Shown: in pieces, positions 11,759 to 24,680 of the stretch | Position numbering within the stretch: position 1 is the stretch's first letter | Layout of the letters: each line of letters opens with the position of its first letter | DNA from: Eledone cirrhosa | Taxonomy: Eukaryota | Length of the DNA stretch: 64,000 bases | Reading direction: 5' to 3' | NCBI GenBank assembly: GCA_964016885.1 | Contig: OZ024742.1 | Coordinates: forward strand, 213,404,001-213,468,000 | Position numbers and translations under genes: made by a program | Notes under the pieces: generated by a model | Told to the model about the DNA's origin: nothing | Seen by the model: the letters and a program-made list of their open reading frames with translations, nothing else | The model's database searches: none

Positions 11759-13243
11759 ATGGACATTTTCCAAAAGTCCCAATATTTGGAAGAAGCTTTC
11801 AACTATGTGACGTTTGAGGGAGACGCCCCACACATACACATACTCCCACAAGTAAGAGAGATGACACAGAAAAAGAAACTAATCTATAGAACAGTTGACA
11901 TCATTACCAAAAAAACCTTAACGCTCCCAACAAGCACTATTGAAGCTGCACTAAAAGATATCAAGCCAGACGTGGCATACCTCCAAAGAGCTAAACAGTA
12001 TGGAAGTGTGTCAGTGCTCTTTAAGAGTGAAACTCTGGCTCAAAAACACTCGGTTCACCCAATAAAAATGGATCAACACATCTTCTTCCCCACATACATG
12101 GGAAGAAGATCCTACAAAATAAAAATAACCAGGATCCCAGCAGAGGTCAACATACGGTGGATCCTACGCTGCATCCTGAAGAAGGATGAGAACACCCTCC
12201 TATCTGTAGACAAGACAGACCGGAATAACTGGTTTGGAACCTGCATCAGGGTTCTGGTACAAATGAGGCCAGAGAGAGTTGAGAAAATCCCGGACAGGAT
12301 CGTCCTTGAGGAAGATGTCATCTCCATTTTAGTGGAGGGGAAAAGACCTCAGTGCCATAAGTGTGGGAAAACCTCACACTTAAAGGCCTTTTGCCCTCTC
12401 TTAAACAAACCGAAGACAAACAAGTTGTTATTATCAACACCAAAAACCCAACATCAACACCCCAAACCAAACACAACACAAAAACCTGCAACATCTACTC
12501 CCACACCACCACAGACCAGAGACAACTACACACACAAAATCGCACTAAAAAACCCTTCATTGCCTCCTCCGTGCCTGTCAAATACTTCCACAAACACCTG
12601 CACAAACACTCCACCACACAACATACCCCTCCAATCTACCCCTGATTCAGAAGTCTCAGACACAGGAACCTCTACATCTCCAAGTGAGAATGAAGAGGAA
12701 CCCCAAAAATCCCCAAAACAAAAAAAGAGACAAAAAAGCACAAAAACAAAAACATCTACAGAAAACACGCACACACCCAACCCCACCATAAACACACCAC
12801 TACAAACGACAAACACACCAACACAATCACCACCAACACAACCAAACACTTCACCAACAAAACAAACACCCACACCACCACAATCACAAACCCCAACCAC
12901 AAAAAGAAAACTACAAACAGAAACAGTACACATAAAAAACAAAACACATTACACATACATAAAAACAAGAAACAAAGAACTGGTGGAAACTGTCCGAAAG
13001 GACTCCACAATACAAACGGAAGGGAAAACCTTCCCCACCAACGACCCACCCCCAAACGTCAAACTGATCAGGATAACAACCCTGCAACATGAAACATTGA
13101 AAGGGACCTTCCCACATGATGTGGGCCCCCCTTGCCAAAAACCCCTTAACCGTGTCCTGCTAAAAGGATTCCCTTCCACCCCAAACCCCCCCAATCTGGA
13201 CATGGAGATGGAACAACCCGACCTCCAGGAAACGAAAAGGTAA
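11759..13243 (+). CDS. LINE ORF1 nucleic-acid-binding protein (CCHC zinc knuckle)
   Basis: Open 494 aa; CHKCGKTSHLKAFC knuckle, P/T-rich linker; lies immediately upstream of the APE domain. Confidence 0.85.
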   Translation: MDIFQKSQYLEEAFNYVTFEGDAPHIHILPQVREMTQKKKLIYRTVDIITKKTLTLPTSTIEAALKDIKPDVAYLQRAKQYGSVSVLFKSETLAQKHSVHPIKMDQHIFFPTYMGRRSYKIKITRIPAEVNIRWILRCILKKDENTLLSVDKTDRNNWFGTCIRVLVQMRPERVEKIPDRIVLEEDVISILVEGKRPQCHKCGKTSHLKAFCPLLNKPKTNKLLLSTPKTQHQHPKPNTTQKPATSTPTPPQTRDNYTHKIALKNPSLPPPCLSNTSTNTCTNTPPHNIPLQSTPDSEVSDTGTSTSPSENEEEPQKSPKQKKRQKSTKTKTSTENTHTPNPTINTPLQTTNTPTQSPPTQPNTSPTKQTPTPPQSQTPTTKRKLQTETVHIKNKTHYTYIKTRNKELVETVRKDSTIQTEGKTFPTNDPPPNVKLIRITTLQHETLKGTFPHDVGPPCQKPLNRVLLKGFPSTPNPPNLDMEMEQPDLQETKR

Positions 13244-13283
13244 GTGTTCCTGCCTTTTCTCTCCCTAACTCTTCTTCACCAAC

Positions 13284-16200
13284 ATGGCGACAATACAAGT
13301 TGGATGTTTGAATGTACGTGGCCTGGGCCTGCCCAGGAGACAGGGCCTGCTTTTAAATGATCTCAGGTCACATTGTATAGATGTGATAGCCATCACCAGG
13401 ATTCACGACAAGCAGCAGCTAACCCTCATGTTCGATGACTTTGAGATCTACGCATCTCTCTGTCAGCCAGGAGGTGGAGGGGGAGTTGCTGTTCTGTTTC
13501 GAAAAAACTTGGATCTCAAAGCACAAACGATTCACTTGGATGTGGGGGCAGCTTGGTGGTCCTGGACGTGAATGGTAGTGAAGGTGGAGCTTTCAGACTG
13601 GTGGCCGTATATGCTCCGACTGGGACATCACGACCAGAGTTCTTCAAGCGTCTGGAGCCATTCCTGGGAACATCTCGCTCCTTAGTGTTAGCGAGGGACT
13701 GGAATGGCATCTTAGATGTACGTTGGCACTATGTAGGAGCTTGTGATAATAGAGGGGGGGGGGTGTAATAGCCTAAAAAATATCATCAGCCAATTCCAAC
13801 TGGCTGATAGATATCGACTAGACTTCCCAAGTGTACCACTGTGGACGTGGAGCAACCGCACTGGGTCTTCTAGATCGTATTTAGATAGATTCTTAATTAG
13901 ACAGAAAGATAAGGAAACATCAAGCTGTCCACAAATGCACATGGTTGCCTATTCAGAGCACAAATTAGTCACCTGCGTAGTCAACCTTGATAGAACACAT
14001 AGACAGGGACCCGGATACTGGAAGCTAAACATGTCGCTTCCGGCGCGTAAAGCCTACAGTAAACGAATTAGCACCTTAGTTAAGTGCCAGTTGACGGGTG
14101 CGATCGTCAACAACAGGTGGTGGAGCTCTCTCAAGAGAGCAATTAGAATAGAATCGATAGCATTTAGTAAGGAAGTAGCTTTAGAAAAAAAAAACGAAAA
14201 GGAACTGGTAGCTAAAGTAGAAGAGCCACTTAGGAATGGCAGTACAGCTGACGTGCTAGCAGCGAAAACGACACTAGACCAGTCCTTCAACGTGAAACAC
14301 AAAGGTTGTATTGTCAGAACTAGAACACGTGCTCTAAGAAACGTAGGAGCCAAAGCTGTTAGGTGGGCCCGAGTGGCAGAGGCTAAAAGTGGCAACAAAT
14401 CCACAATTCGGTCCTTGCAAGACAAAGATTGACGCATTCTACTTGAATCCAAGCAGATGTGCACGGCCTTCCAGCAGCATTTTGCACAACTGTTCGGGCA
14501 AATCGGTACGTCAAGAGAGGTGATGGACTTCAGCTCCTACCTCGACGGCATACCACGACTCTCGACCACGGATGCGGAGAGCTGCGAAATAACGATCACA
14601 GCGGGCGAAATAGAAGATGCCCTAGGCCGCTGTGGGAAACTCAAATCACCCGGTTTAGATGGTCTGCTCTATGAGTTTTACATAGGCATGCCAGACTAGT
14701 TCTCTGGCGTCCTCGAAGCGGTCTACTGCAACAGCCAGCAGAACGGGAGGATTCCCAGTTCTGTAGGCAGAGACGCAGTAACGCTGATCAGGAAAGATGA
14801 GAAAAAGGGGGATGAGATAAGCAATTTCAGGCCCATAACTCTACTAAACACAGAGTTAAAGATTTTGGCCAAGGTGTTAGCAGCGAGGCTGGCGCTTGTT
14901 GTCGAGAACCCGGTAGGGGAAGCGCAAACGTGTGCAATGCCGACCAGGTCCATAAACGACAACCTCCACCCCATGCGATACATCATAGAGCGGATAGGGT
15001 GTAAACCTGGCTTCGGTGGGGCTCTGATCAATTTAGATCAGTCTAAGGCATTTTATAGAGTCGGCCATAAATACTTGGAAGCCGTTCTCAAGGCGGCCGG
15101 CTTCGGTCCCGTCTTCAGAGGCTGGATCGCTGCCATGCACAGCAGCATCTGCTTGGCAGTCAAGGCGAATGGCTACCTATCGGAGCCATTCCAAATCATG
15201 CGTTCCATCCGTCAGGGGTGCCCTATCTCCTCCATTGTGTATGTAATGACTCTCGAGCCATTATTAGTAGTTGGAGCTGTTGCAGGGCATCCTGATCGAA
15301 CCAGGACTGCGGAAAGCAGCGTCGGCCAATGCCGACGACATAACCGTAATGGTGTCGAGCACCTCGGACATCGGGGTAATCGGCAACCTATTACAAGAAT
15401 ACGAAACGTTGACAGGAGCAAGACTAAACCCAAACAAGTCTGTCGGTTTGCAACTCGGCACATGGAGAGGCAAACCCATGCCTTCCGACAGTGTCGTTGG
15501 ACGCTGGACGGAAGGACCGGTGAAATTGCTCGGGGTCTGCTTTGGTCCAGACCTCGAGGTGGACAAGAACTGGAACGAGGTCACGGCGAAGGTGTTTGCA
15601 CTCACCAAGAAGTGGGCTGAGTGCAAACTCTCCTTGAAAGGTCGAGAGGAGGTGGCGAACACTTACATAGCATCCGTCATCTACTACCGCTTGACAGTCG
15701 TGCCTTGTCCCGCGAATACCTCACCAAAATTGAACACCTACTCTTCAAGTTCCCCTGGAAGAAACATACTCCATTGGTGAGGAGATCCATCTGCTGTCAA
15801 CACCCTTCTAACGGAGGGCTGGGCATACCGTGGCTGATGATGCGCAAACACGCGCTGAGGCTACGCCATCTCCAGGTGTTCCTGACCGGCGAACCGGTGT
15901 GGCTATGGTTTGTGAGACGAGCTCTTCCACAACTCGTCTCACAAACAGACTTTCAGTCCTGGGTCAAGCGAAGACCGAAAATGGGCGCCTGGCACCTCAA
16001 GTGCCTCCAGGCTCTCACAGCCCTCTACCAAGTGGAAACGGCAATGAGCGGAGACTCCGCTTCGACATTCTATAGGGGATTAGTGGAGGATAAGTGCGAA
16101 GACGTCCTCGGGGAAACTCTAGGCATCGAGGAAGATGAACTGACCAGTCTGTTCGGGAGGACTTTCCGTCCAGGGCTTATGGTTAACTTCCAGAGGTCTC

Positions 16201-16699
16201 TGGCCTGGCAGTGCTACCGAGGAGCTCTACCAGTTCGAGACAAAATCTACAGGCACGGACGCCCTGGCAGAGGTCCTGCCAAAAGGACCTGTCCAAGATG
16301 CGAGCAGGACATTGAAACCGTTCTGCAGGCAAATGTTCAGTGCCCAGGGGTGACCGACCTGTGGAATCATGTCGAACAGCTAATGTCACGTGTGGGGCGC
16401 ATCCAGTTGTCAGCCGAGTCCATCGTGAGGATCACCCCGCCGCCTTCACCTAAGAATGAAGGAGAGGCGGTCTTCTTCTGTCTGGTGGCTATGGCGAAAG
16501 AGGTAATATGGTGGACGAGGTTAAAATGACTGAGGGAAAGCACCTTTCTCTCCGGTCAACAACTCATCCCCTTCTTTAAGTACTACTTCAGAAGGAAGTG
16601 GAGAGAGAGGTGCTACACCCCAGTAAATTCGCTGAAAGGTGGGTGAATGTGGCGAAAATGGCACGAGTGAATGGGCCTTCTCTGTATATAAACCTGTAG
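13284..16699 (+). pseudogene. Tx1 ORF2 (APE endonuclease, RT, C-terminal Cys motif), frameshifted
   Basis: CLNVRGL, VAVYAP, SYLDRF, GYWKLN, KSPGLDGL, FRPITLLN, DQSKAF, IRQGCP, ADD, CPRC. Confidence 0.9.
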
Positions 16700-16974
16700 G
16701 TTGAGGAAGATAAACAGAGGGAAGACGGGTACACCTACAAAACGTGTTCCTGGTGTTGAGGGTTATTCTATCCACGGGGTGTAAAACAACCCTGCAGTAA
16801 CGTTACCCCCCTCCCCATAATGGGGATTTCAATTGTTTTATTTTATATAGTTTATTGTTATTTATCATTGTTAAAAATTTTATGTAAAACCCCCGCCGTC
16901 ATGTCTTGTAATGCCCCATTTTTGTACGCCGCTGCGGCAAATAAAGAAAGATATCTATCTAACTATCTATCTAT

Positions 16975-18985
16975 GCAAGGTTAAGTTCTGCGAAAGGCCG
17001 ATTTCGGCCGCGGGAGATAGGGGACGCCCTGATCCTATGCGGCAAACGCAAATCTCCAGGTCTCGACGGTCTACCCTACGAATTTTACGTAGCAATGCGT
17101 GACTTGTTCTCCGGTCTCCTGGAAGCGGTCTACTGCAACTGGCAGCAGAACGGGACAATTCCCAGTTCTGTGAACAAGGACGTAATCACGTTAGTCAGGA
17201 AGGACGAGAATAAGGGGGATGACATAGGCAACTTCCGGCCCATAACTCTGCTCAACACAGAGTTACAGATTTTGGCCAAGGTGTTGACAAAGAGGCTGGC
17301 GCTTGTCGTCGAAAACCTGGTGGGAGAAGCGCAGACATGCGCAATCCCGACCAGGTCCATACACGACAACCTCCACCTCATGCGATACATCATAGAGACG
17401 GTAGGGTGGGGCCCTGATCAACTTAGATCAGTCTAAGGCTTTCGATAGGGTTGACCATCGTTACCTGGATGCGGTGCTCGAGGCGGCAGGCTTCGGACCC
17501 GTGTTCAGGGGCTGGATTGCTGCAATGCACAGCAGCAACATCTGCTCAAGGGTCTAGGTGAACGGTTACCTCTCGGAGCCGTTCCATATCACGCGATCCA
17601 TCCGACAGGGATTCCCTCTCTCCTCCCTTCTGTACGTACTGACTCTCGAGCCACTACTGCGGAGGTTGGATATATTGCAGGGCATCCCTTTTGAACCGGG
17701 ACTGCGGAGAGCGGCGTCGGCCTACGCCGACGACGTGACAGTAATGGTGTCGAGCACCTCGCAAATCGGGGAGATCGGCACCTTACTGGAGGTATACGAA
17801 AGATTCACAGGAGCGAAGCTGAACCGGGACAAATCCGTCGGTTTGCAACTCGGAACGTGGAGAGGCAAGCCGATGCCTTCCGATGACGTTGTCGGAAGCT
17901 GCTCGGGGTCTGGTTTGGTCCGGACCTCCAGGTGGAGAAGAACTGGAACGAGGTGACGGCCACGGTGTTTCCGCTCACCCAGAAGTGGGCCGCGTGCAAA
18001 CTATCCTTGAAAGGTCGAGCGGAGGTGGCGAACACTTTCATAGCGACCGTCATCTACTGCTGCTTGACCGTCATGCCTTGTCCAGCCAAAACGCTCACCA
18101 AAATGGAGCGCGCGCTCTTCCAATTCCTTTCGAAGAAACGGGCTCCTTTGGTGAGAAGATCCATCTGTTGCCAACACTCTTCAAACGGAGGGCTGGGGAT
18201 ACCGTGGCTGACGATGCGCAAACACGCGCTCAGGCTGCGGCACCTCCGCGTATTCGTCACCAGACAACCGGTGTGGGCCGTGTTCGTGAGGCTAGCCTTC
18301 CCACGACTCGTCTCGCTGACCGAGCTGCAGTCCTGGGTCAAGCAAAGACCGAAGAAAATGGGCGACTGGCCCATCGAATGTGCTCAGGCGCTCACTGTCC
18401 TCTGGCAAACGGACCCGGCGATCAGTGGAGACTCCATTTCGACATTCTATAGAGGGTTGGTCCGCAGCAAGTGCGACGACACGCTCGGAGAAACTCGAGG
18501 CGTAGAGGAGGACGAACTGGCCAGTCTGTTCGGTAGGACCTTCCGCCCGGGACCAATGGACAACTTCCAAAAGTCCCTGGCCTGGCAGTGCTACCGAGGA
18601 GCTCTACCAGTTCGAGACAAGCTTTACAGACACGAGTGCTCGGGTAGGGACCCTTCGAAAAAGATCTGTCCGAGATGCGTGCACGACGAGGAAACCGTCG
18701 CACACACATTCATACACTTCCCGGGCGTTACTGACCTGTGGGGCTATGTAGAACGACTATTATCGCTGGTGGGACCAATCCAGTTGACCACCGAGTCCAT
18801 TGTCATGATCAAACCGCCACCCTCCTTCAAAAGGGAGGGAGAGGCGGTTTTCCTATGTGTTATGGCTATGGTGAAAGAGGATATATGGTGGCCGAGGTTA
18901 AAAGGGCTGAGGTCAGACACCTTTCTCTCCGGCGAGCAACTGATTCGTTTTTTCAAATATCTTTTTGGAAGAAGAATCAGGATGG
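16975..18985 (+). mobile_element. Tx1/L1-clade LINE copy 4 (subfamily B), 5'-truncated and 3'-interrupted
   Basis: RT (KSPGLDGLP, FRPITLLN, YADDVTV) to C-terminus; breaks at about 18985 into an antisense family-A fragment. Confidence 0.9.
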
Positions 18986-19163
18986 ATTATTTTCTGTTTT
19001 GTGCCTCTCCTTTGTTCTGTCCTACGCCATCTTGTTTTTGTGTGTGTTGTGCGCTTAGTTTGCGCATATATATATATTTATATATATATTTCAGAAGATC
19101 CCGTTAAGGGTAAAAGCAGCGATTCTTTGCTTAAACTTTAATCTGTTATTTTAATAAATATAT

Positions 19164-19204
<41 letters not shown>

Positions 19205-19209
<5 letters not shown>

Positions 19210-19488
19210 AAGAAATTAAATGATGGTTAGAAAAGTTCCATGTATTTTATTATGCGCATTTCAAAAACAAATATCATCCATGGACGATATTTGCGTTCCC
19301 ATCAGATAAGAGAACGCAAATATCGTCCCTGGATAATATTTGTTTTTGAAATGCGCATAATAAAATACATGGAACTTTTCTAACCATCTTTTAATTTCTT
19401 CTTATATATACTCCAGTCCAATAAACTGTTGAGTGCTTCTTATTCGATATTTGCATTGCTTTATTGTGTTACAATAAAACTCACCTCC

Positions 19489-19490
<2 letters not shown>
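19205..19490. repeat. Fold-back insert in (TA)n (arms about 19205-19298 / 19311-19408, plus about 80-nt right tail)
   Basis: Arms are reverse complements read directly. Confidence 0.85.
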
Positions 19491-19554
<64 letters not shown>

Positions 19555-20614
19555 TTCACGAATCGATACGATACTATAATCTATAAAAGCATTCTATATC
19601 TTTTCAAACCGGTCGCTCTCCGACTTACTCAATAATCACAAGGATAATTTGTGAATTAGAGAACATTTATTTAGATTCAGTGCTGAGGCAACAGTACCCA
19701 AACAAAGTATACTGGGGTGATCAACAAAATTTGGAAACACTAAACTTATTGCTAACTTACCCGTATTGAGTGAATGTGACAGTCACAACAATAGTGAATG
19801 TGACAGTCACAACAGTAACAAAATGAATCTGGTAAAGTTCTCTAACTCTACTTAATGCTACAAGGTATAGATAAACTTTTACAAAAGAAAGAAACAATCC
19901 TTTTAAATGGCACTTCGAAATATTTTATCGTATTTAGTTGCGGTCTTAGAACACAATATAATGTCTACGCAAAGTTTAGAAATGTTGATTTCTAACTTTA
20001 GTATGTAATAGATTAAATAGACTCCAGCGTTTGACTCGTGCCTATTTTAGAAGGCAAAGAATAACGGAACTTAATTAAATATCGCAAAAGTGTTTTGTTT
20101 AGTCTTCTAAATATCCTGCCATCCACTGCTCTCAAACGTTGAATGTTGAAACAAATCTAAGCCATACTGTACTGTTTTGTAAGGAGCGAGAAAAATCACC
20201 CCAGGAGACCATCTGTATTGAAAATGTTTATAAAGAAAGCACTAAGACACTTGATGTAACGAGTAGCATGAAAACTTTAATTAATTAAGACTACTTGAAT
20301 TGAAGAGGAAAATGAAACATTGGATCAATGCTGCAATTTACCCGAAGCAGGAAAAGGGCGACAATCACCAATCTCCAAATATCAAAATGGGTTGACAACA
20401 TCAAAGTTTGAATTGATTAGAATTGGAGATAGTAATGAAGTGAAGGGAAAGTTAATCTGATCTCTGACAGACACAGTGACAACCCCGGGCGTGTTTGGAT
20501 CTTAGACTTTTTCAGAGAAACATAGTTGTTACCGTGACAGCCAAATTCACAATAATGCATTCTATAGTTATTTACTTATTCATTTAATCAAGTTAAACGT
20601 CCGTATAGAGCTAG

Positions 20615-20775
20615 TATGTTGTGAATTGGCAGAGTCATAAGAACGTGGGATAAAATGCTTTATGTTGTTCGTTCCGGCTCTCTGCTCTCTGAGTTCATAT
20701 CCCGTCGAGATCAACTTTGCCTTTCATACTTTCAAGGTCGATAAAAAAGTACCAGTCTAGTACTGATGTCGATTC
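20615..20775 (+). mobile_element. SINE (Nin/Deu-like)
   Basis: ctgagttcatatcccgtcgagatcaactttgcctttcatactttcaaggtcgataaa...gtaccag. Confidence 0.7.
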
Positions 20776-21630
20776 TTCCTCTATATCTCTTTCTAATTTC
20801 CTCTCTTTGACTTTCTATCTTTCTCTGGAAGAAATCTGTACACAGGCCGGGAGAGGGATGGGCTCCAGCAGGCTTTAAAAATGCCCAAGAAACGCCGTAA
20901 GTCAATATGGCGTCCTTACGACTCTACCAGGAGTTACGGGACCATACCATAGAGCTATTAACCCATGACAGGCTAGGGGAAGTATCTAGTACTTGTTACA
21001 GTTGAGAAACAAAGAACAAAGTAGATAGAGGTAAGTGAATATAAAAATAGAAATAAAAAATAGAAAATAAATTTAGAACAGAAAAGGCCAACGGGAGGCT
21101 AAATAAGCATTAAAAAATAAAGAAAAATGGAAAACAAGGGAAGCTGTAAAGAAGCTAGGAGGTTTTGTTGTTGAATCTTTTCGTAACTTCCATCTATTCA
21201 AAGATTTTGTTTATAGTTGGTAGATCTTTTACAATATATTGTATCTCCAATCTTGGTAGTTACACATGTAGTCGTGAGAACTAGACTGTGCGAGATATGA
21301 TATATAGAGTTATGAGGACGCATATTTATTTGTTCATAACCCAAGTAGAATTTATACTTTTTTGAATATACAACACTATACTACACTTAAACACATCTAC
21401 ACTAGTCTACATAATTTGTCTTTTCTCCCGGAAGTAAATAATTCTTTCTAGCACAAGGCTAGCAATTTGGGGGCAGGGTACTTTATTTTATCGGCCCCGC
21501 TGGAAGTAAACGGTTTTAAAGCGTATATAGCTAGCATACTACACTTGTCAAGATTACACTTTAATCAACTATTCTACGAAATATTGTAGTACACTAGATT
21601 GCATCTTTAAATAATTACACTTTACCTTAA

Positions 21631-21755
21631 TGTGAAGGCACGTAGCTTAGTAGTTAGAAAATCGGATCCGCAATCTTACGGTTGCGAGTTCGATTCCAGG
21701 ACTGGGCGATGCGTATGTCCTTGAACAAGACACTTTATTTTAAGTTGCTCTTTCT
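21631..21755 (+). mobile_element. Second tRNA-derived SINE family (CORE-like), 5' part
   Basis: A-box-like AGCTTAGTAG, B-box GAGTTCGATTCC, TCCTTGAACAAGACACTT; homologous to 61780-62103. Confidence 0.65.
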
Positions 21756-22829
21756 GCCAAGAATTTTGACCGGTAGCTAGTATCAGCAATGGTAAGACCA
21801 ATAGAAACATTGTTACCTTGGTCCGATTTGATTAGTTACACCCCACTCGGTAAGCGAATGAGACCTGGGAACTTATCGATTGATTTTAATGCTGTAGTAC
21901 CTCCTACAAATGTATACTACACTGAAATCTACTACTACACTGTAATATCATGCTACATTAAATTTTCACAGAACTACATTTACAGCCGGATTCAGACGTA
22001 CAGAATTTCTGGGGTATGGAATCTCTTGTAGAAACTCTTTTGGGCAATTGTTCGTAGAAAACAGATCTGTTTAACAAGTAAACACATTAAGAATGCCAAC
22101 AAATCCATGTGGGGATGAGTAGAAGAGGTGTTGTTCTTTTAGAGCGACAAACGAGAGAAAATGTTATTAACTATTCAATTATTCAGAACATTTTCATTAA
22201 TACAGAAAATTGTTTCCTAGTGAAGCATATAACTAAATGTATTTTATTCCTAGTTGTAAAATAGGTTTCAATTAAAAAAGAATAGCCACTGAAAATATAA
22301 AAGGAAGTAGGTAAGTATATTCTACAAAATACATCATACACATATTGAAACATTATTAATTGGATGTAAAAATTAATAAAATTTAAAACAATTATAGCAA
22401 ATATTATAGAAGTACAAGGTAATAATTATGATACTATTATTCCCATGATAATAAAAAGCAAGTATAATTAAATGTAACAAAAATTGATATTTAAGCATAA
22501 TTATGAAAGAACGAAATCCTACAAAACTTGTGTAAATAATTATCTATTGTTAATAATTGGATCTAATTTGTTAATTGCTGTTAATTAGGTTAATTGGGTT
22601 AAATAATTACATAAATATAAATTATAATAGGACTGTAACTAATTAAATGTATCAACGCCATTGCTCTATACAATACATGCATGATCCCATAACAGCGTTC
22701 CCAGGGCATTTAAAAATGGTTGAGCCCATCTCCTCTACAGGTCTGAATACAGTAGATTCCTTCCTGAGAAAAGTAAGTGAAGGGAAGTGAAAACGAGATA
22801 TAGAGGAAGAATCGACCACAATACTAAAC

Positions 22830-23475
22830 GTACTTTTATCGACCTCAAATGGATGAAAGACAAATTTGTCCTTGGCAGGAATTGAACTCAGAGAGCAGAG
22901 ATTCGAAACAAATACCACAAAGCATTCTATTCGATGTTCTAACGACTCTATCAAGTCACCACCTACACACACAAATATATAAAAGTATATATTGTACAAT
23001 GACAGTTACTATATAGTTGACTGGTACTTTATTTTTTCGACCCCAAAAGGATGAAAGGCAAAGTTAACCTCGGCGTGATTTGAACTCAGAGAGTAGAAGA
23101 ATGCAAGTAAATACCGCTCTCAACACCATCTGTAATAATCACTTCTCATTAATGGTTTCTCAGCAAGTTTTATTTTAGTGGTGGGGAGACGTTGATTACA
23201 TAAGCTCCAGTACATCACTGATACTTTATTTTATCGACCTCATAATTTGAAACCAGAACATAAAGAACCAGAATTTTCCCGACGCTTTAGCAATTCTGCC
23301 AATCCACCCTCACAACAAGGATAATAACTGTTTCTACTTTTAGACAAGACCAGCAATTTGAAGGGAAGGGGGAAAGTCGATTAAATTGAGTGGATTACTC
23401 GTACTTTATTATTATCGGTCCCGTAAAAATGAAAGGCAAAGCTAACCTCGGCGTAATTTGAACTCAGAATGTAAC
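22830..23475 (-). mobile_element. Cluster of about 4 antisense SINE (Nin/Deu-like) copies
   Basis: Repeated gtactttattttatcgacc...gatgaaaggcaaag...tttgaactcag units. Confidence 0.7.
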
Positions 23476-23751
23476 ACAACACGGATAATAAGAACAACGA
23501 TAGGAACAAAATAATAATAATAATAACAGCAATAGAAACAGCAGTAACTATAAATTGTCTTATCCTGAAATTTCAACTCTTGATAGAATCGTAAAGAAAC
23601 CGTCATAGATTTTGTAGAAATTCATGAAAACAACTCAACTGTTCTTTCTTAACAGGGTGGCTTCTGGGCGGTAAGACACAGTCCAGATTTTAACTATTCA
23701 ATATTTTAGTTAATGCCAAATAAGGGAAGATAAACAGCAGGTCTTTACAAG

Positions 23752-23821
23752 CTTCTTCTTCTTCTTCTTCTTCTTCTTCTTCTTCTTCTTCTTCTTCTTC
23801 TTCTTCTTCTTCTTCTTCTTC

Positions 23822-23861
<40 letters not shown>

Positions 23862-23890
23862 ATTTCTTCTTCCTCTTATTATTATTATTG
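23752..23890. repeat. (CTT)n(CAT)n(TAT)n compound microsatellite
   Basis: Directly visible. Confidence 0.95.
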
Positions 23891-24680
23891 TTCTTTGAGT
23901 CTCAGTCGTTGATGTTATTTAACTGGAAAGTTTGTTGAAATGAATATCAAGCCACTACCTGCAGCCTCAGACATTAAGGATGTATCGGAGGGTTCTTGCT
24001 GTTCCGAGCAAGCATGCCCTTTGAAGTGTTCCAAAAAACGGGGCTGAACTAATCTTATTTAACCATCCTTGGAAACTCTTTTAGATAGTACCTAGCGGAC
24101 CTATGACAATCGGGACGACCTTGATCTCATGGCAGTTCCAAATCATTTTTAACTCCCACTTTAAATCCTGGTAGCGGTTAATTTTCTCCCTCTCCTTTTC
24201 TTGCACTCTCGTGTCAAATGGGCAGGCAACATCTACAATCAGATACGATATTTTTTCCTTGTCCAAAACCAGCAGGCCAGGACTATTGTGTTTTAATTTA
24301 TTGTCCGTCTGTATCCCAAAATCCCATAGCACCTTCACCTGATCGTTTTCTATCACCGACTCTGGCTTCTTCTCATACCACTTCTCAGAATGTGGTAAAT
24401 TGTTTAGTTTGCATAGATGACAGTGTATCACCCTGCCCATCACATCATGTCTCCAGCCTTTATAGTGAGTCTGGGCTAGGTGTTTACACTCGGATACAAT
24501 GTGAGCCACAGTCTCCTGTCTCTCTCTCCACAGATCCTACACAGTGAGCTAGCCTCCTTCTTGTCAATATGGTGTTTCACCCATTACGTCCTGAGAGCTT
24601 GCTCTTGCGCAGCCATTAACATTCCTTCTGTAGCTTTTTTAAGGTCTCCTCTTTTTAACCAGTTCCATGTCTGTGGATCT
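23891..24680 (-). mobile_element. R4/Dong-like RLE non-LTR retrotransposon, 3' fragment
   Basis: HIVSEC..LAQTHYK..RHD, ENDQVKVLWDF.IQTD, IVDVACPFD, EKINRYQDL, VVPIVIG.LG; (TAA)n on both sides. Confidence 0.85.

Larger units (their letters stand above)
11717..16950 (+). mobile_element. Tx1/L1-clade LINE, near full-length copy 3 (subfamily A)
   Basis: ORF1 plus frameshifted APE-RT-Cys ORF2 plus 3' UTR; flanked on both sides by (TATC)-like repeats. Confidence 0.92.

Noticed and set aside
19090-19160. CAGAAGA-tccc(gttaa)ggg-t-(G/A)AAA motif in a repeat also present antisense at about 3075-3145
   Set aside because: The repeat is real, but the core is non-canonical in both copies; not called a ribozyme.
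20290-20480. Possible very old RTE C-terminal remnant (GKGRQ..KWVDNIK)
   Set aside because: Too degraded to support.
20825-21040. Possible host exon (pyrimidine tract, MPKKRRKSIWRPY, GTAAGT sites)
   Set aside because: Short frame, ambiguous splice sites, no recognisable homology or partner exons.
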